Assembly (NCBI GenBank): GCA_030840515.1 | Contig: JAVEEJ010000181.1 | Span: 1 to 36,586, forward strand | Source: Frankiaceae bacterium | Lineage (GTDB): Bacteria; Actinomycetota; Actinomycetes; JAVEEJ01 | Length of the DNA: 36,586 nt | Reading direction: 5' to 3' | In this document: positions 36,406 to 36,586 of the stretch, in pieces | Numbering within the stretch: position 1 is the stretch's first letter | Layout: every line of letters begins with the position of its first letter | Made by a program: the position numbers and the translations under genes | Notes under the pieces: generated by a model | What the model saw: the letters and a program-made list of their open reading frames with translations, nothing else | What the model was told of the DNA's origin: nothing | The model's database searches: none

Positions 36406-36586
36406 CTACGTCGCGATGTGCTTGACCTGGCCTGACGCGTCGAAGCTGACGGTGACGGCGCCCTGCTCGCTGCAGAAGGTGTAGTCCGAGGCGCCGCGGC
36501 TGCTGGGCTGGCCGAGGAGCGTGACGACCTCCTCCCAGGACATGCCGTGCTTGACCTGCTTCACGACGTCGCGGGAGAGGTCGGGG
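36406..36586 (-). CDS. Partial CDS (5' end outside window), small BamE/SmpA_OmlA-like domain protein
   Basis: Hand translation of the minus strand gives ...PDLSRDVVKQVKHGMSWEEVVTLLGQPSSRGASDYTFCSEQGAVTVSFDASGQVKHIAT, with TAG at 36408-36406. The GM-s--eV---LG-P pattern is typical of SmpA/OmlA-like domains. High GC3. It ends 10 nt upstream of the alkB start. Confidence 0.5.
   Translation of the reverse strand, partial: PDLSRDVVKQVKHGMSWEEVVTLLGQPSSRGASDYTFCSEQGAVTVSFDASGQVKHIAT

Overview
High-GC (by eye above 70%) actinobacterial chromosomal segment. The gene content looks Propionibacteriales/Nocardioides-like, but I cannot verify that without a search. I support 33 protein-coding genes, one truncated at the right edge. 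I found no rRNA, tRNA, CRISPR array, transposase, integrase or prophage block. All family calls come from motifs read off the ORF translations; no BLAST or HMM search was possible.

Layout:
- 58-2764 (+): a degenerate EAL-like protein, then a tightly coupled three-gene cassette. It encodes a small EspC/WXG-like helical protein, a 426-aa protein (WXG/T7SS-signal-like N-terminus, Ala/Gly-rich membrane region, unassigned C-terminal globular domain) and a 103-aa CxxC zinc-ribbon protein.
- 2989-7817 (-): packed operon of YbaK-like deacylase, PAS-GAF-PP2C-RsbW-like protein, GroES-like protein and TrmH-family methyltransferase.
- 7868-8881 (+): Rv2578c-type radical SAM gene behind a perfect LexA/Cheo box.
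- 8868-14841 (-): S8 peptidase with a C-terminal STWYG pentapeptide array, membrane GAF-PAS-PP2C-RsbW sensor, sigma-region-4-only protein and ClpP-like protease.
- 15206-19400 (+): coiled-coil protein plus two Asp-box (BNR) beta-propeller paralogues, one with an LAxTG sorting signal.
- 19455-24320 (+): PAP2/DAG-kinase fusion, PAP2 protein, RqlH-type RecQ helicase and a small secreted protein.
- 24359-36586: housekeeping-type genes (C-N hydrolase, aminotransferase, PAS, MBL-fold, Gpx, DEAD-box helicase, PAC2, methyltransferase, DUF4192, CocE/NonD, AlkB).

Best candidate for something new: the 902-2764 putative type VII-style polymorphic toxin/immunity cassette, whose toxin domain I cannot place in a family.

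Other points worth a second look:
- the aromatic STWYG repeat tail of the S8 peptidase
- the SOS box, and a RecA-NDp-like leaderless promoter upstream of the helicase
- stop-codon-containing 15-bp tandem duplications at two gene ends
- a TrmH N-terminus with no canonical start codon
- the sigma4-only/ClpP-like gene pair
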